Shown here: piece by piece, positions 61,718-64,000 of the stretch
Numbering within the stretch: position 1 is the first letter of the stretch
Layout: each line of letters begins with the position of its first letter
Origin: Sminthopsis crassicaudata
Lineage: Eukaryota
Assembly (NCBI RefSeq): GCF_048593235.1
Contig: NC_133618.1
Coordinates: 46,100,478-46,164,477, forward strand
Length of the DNA stretch: 64,000 nt
Direction of reading: 5' to 3'
Position numbers and translations under genes: made by a program
The notes under the pieces: model-generated
The model's database searches: none
The model's input: the letters and a program-made list of their open reading frames with translations, nothing else
Told to the model about the DNA's origin: nothing

Positions 61718-62934
61718 AAGACTTAGATAAACTTTTACCTCCTTCAGGAGACCTTCCCTGTGCCCTACCTTCATACCAGCTGCTCACACCTTCCTCTTTC
61801 ATATTACCTTCACATGTTCTTTCTACACCTTCTATGAATATAACTGCATATTTACATGTCATCCCACCATTAAAATGTAAACTTCATGAGAATATGGCTG
61901 GGGAGTGTCAAAAGTGTTATGCTGTCCCTCCAGAATTAACAGGTTACCCAGAACATAAGCAAAAACTAAATAAATGTGTGCTGATTAACAGATGAGGAGC
62001 TCCAAGAATGTCTAGTCCTCATTTTTACAAATGAAGAAATGGAGATCCAGGAAGATGAAACAATTGGCTCAAAGTCACATAGGTATATGTGAACCCAAGT
62101 TCTTTATAGAGAAAGCTTTAGATATAAAGTTTTGGAGGACTAAAGAACTCATACCACAAGCGATTATCTTATTAATAATCATAAGATCCTAGAAAAGTTA
62201 GGTCTTTTTACCTATCAAGGAAATGGAAGGTCAGAGGTCAGACCAAGCTGTCTAAGACTGCGGGTACATAAATAGAGTTGGAGTGGGGCCTGTCTTATAT
62301 CTGGTCTAACACAACCCCACTCAGAAAGCTTCTCTAAAGAACTTCCATGTCCCACTTAAGTATAGGATTCAAATCCTTCCCACAGAGACATCTGGAATTT
62401 CACCCTGATGTGTTTTTAGGAGAATCCATAAAAGATATTAATAGCGTAAGTTCAGTGGGTGAATCTTCATTTATCAGAGAATGGCTCCTAATTGGTTCTG
62501 TGGCCAATAACTCTCACACCCAATCCCCCAGTAATTCTCTCCCTCTCCTCCTCTGAAAAACAAGAACAGCCATGGAGTCATAAGTACCCTCTCAGGCTCT
62601 TGAAACAGTTGATCCATATCCTAATTAGTGCTCACCAATGAGGAAAGGAGAGTTGGGAAATAGCACATAGGAAATTACAGTGCAACAAACCATATTAAAT
62701 AGGTAAACAAGGTGAAGGCTTTAAGGGATATCAAATTCAACATCTTTCATCATTTTCAACTCACAGATTTCCCACTCTAAATATATTTAAATATTGCTAC
62801 CCCTTTCTACCAAACCCCATTAAAAATAAATATTTTCCTTTATGATTTTTTTTCTGTTTTTACCATGTGAAACCTGAACATTAAACATATACAGAAGACT
62901 AAGAAAATAAAGCTGATATCTCTAATTAAACCAA

Positions 62935-63066
62935 GAGGGGAAAGAGACAGAGAGAGACCGAGAGACAGAGGAGAGAGACAGAGAGAAAAGGAAAGTAAAC
63001 ACAGAGGGAGGGGAAGGAGGGAAAAAAGGGGAGGGGGAAGGGAGAGAGAAAAGGGAGGGAAGAAAA
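62935..63066. repeat. (GA)/(GGGA)n polypurine tract
   Basis: Visible. Confidence 0.9.
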
Positions 63067-64000
63067 AAATCAACCTTTGATGAAATAATTGCTTCTGCTG
63101 TTATTTTTTGCTATTGCTTCAGAAATGTTCTCTCTCTCTCTCTTCCTTTCTTGTCCCTATAGCAAAGTGTCCTGCTGTTGTGCAGATGAAAGGTCCAGTC
63201 TCTTTAAAATTTCATGCAGGGCTCTTCACAACATCGGAGCTTTAAAGGCCCATGGCAAATTCAACACATTGTAACACTTGATGGAGCTAGATAAAAAAAA
63301 AATTACATGCAAAATACACTGGATAGGTCCTATCCTGAAATCTATAGCAGCTTACAGTTGCCCATTCTTTACTCTCTATGCCATCTGTTGTGAGTTAAAT
63401 ATTCAAAAGGAAAAAGATTCATGTAATAAGAGTGATGAGGTCATGGTACTTCCTCTGGTATAATGAAAACAAAAAAGTAAACTCAAAAAGTAAAGACTTC
63501 TGAGATTGGACCCGGGTCCTAAAATATGTCGATTGTTTTATCCATAATTTTCCTGATTATTTATTTGATATTCAAAAGACATTAAAGGAATCAAGAAAAA
63601 TATAAGTTTTATAAAATCTACATGTATTAGCCCTTTGTCCTATTTTATTTCTATTGTTATTTGTTATAACAATGATAACAATATTGTGAGTGCTATTTTT
63701 TAAGCCCATTTTGCGGATGAAGAGGCTGAGATTCAGAAATTTTCTGTGACTTGCCCAGGATCACCCTGCTGACTGCAATCCAGGGGGAGAAAGGGTAAAA
63801 AAAAATATTTATGACATTCTTTCCTCTTCTTACACATGGACTTAACTGTGAGTTAGCTCCTTCGTCCCCTGCTGGTCTTTTCTGCTTTCTTTCTCTTTTC
63901 CTGGATAGGTAACCCAATGTGTGTGTGACCTTATGATTTTGAAAAGTCTAAAAGTCCTGGTTGAATGTGAGGTACAATTGTTTGCAAGGTGTGTAGTTAA

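Overview
AT-rich, CpG-poor, repeat-dense mammalian genomic DNA with three N gaps. WSINE1-type and MAR1-type SINEs, MIR/L2/CR1, RTE LINEs and marsupial-type L1 3' ends point to an Australian marsupial, possibly a dasyurid (inference). No intact protein-coding gene is recognisable. The ORF-track entries I examined fall in repeats, low-complexity DNA or N gaps, or match no protein I recognise. The window looks like long intronic or 5'-UTR territory of an unidentified locus: there are several strong minus-strand splice-site pairs (39653-39593, 18748-18672, weaker ones at 29547-29486, 2861-2818 and an acceptor at 2698) and several repeat-free candidate enhancers. The standout is a young 962-bp miniature LTR retroelement at 9022-9983: LTR, 74 bp, LTR, with a 6-bp TSD, a betaretrovirus-like PPT, and a palindromic PBS containing a sense copy of the tRNA-Lys(CUU) 3' end. 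This is the TRIM architecture, which is best known from plants. A CpG-retaining multi-stem structure at 2351-2464 is second. Boundaries of old repeats are approximate and were set by eye.
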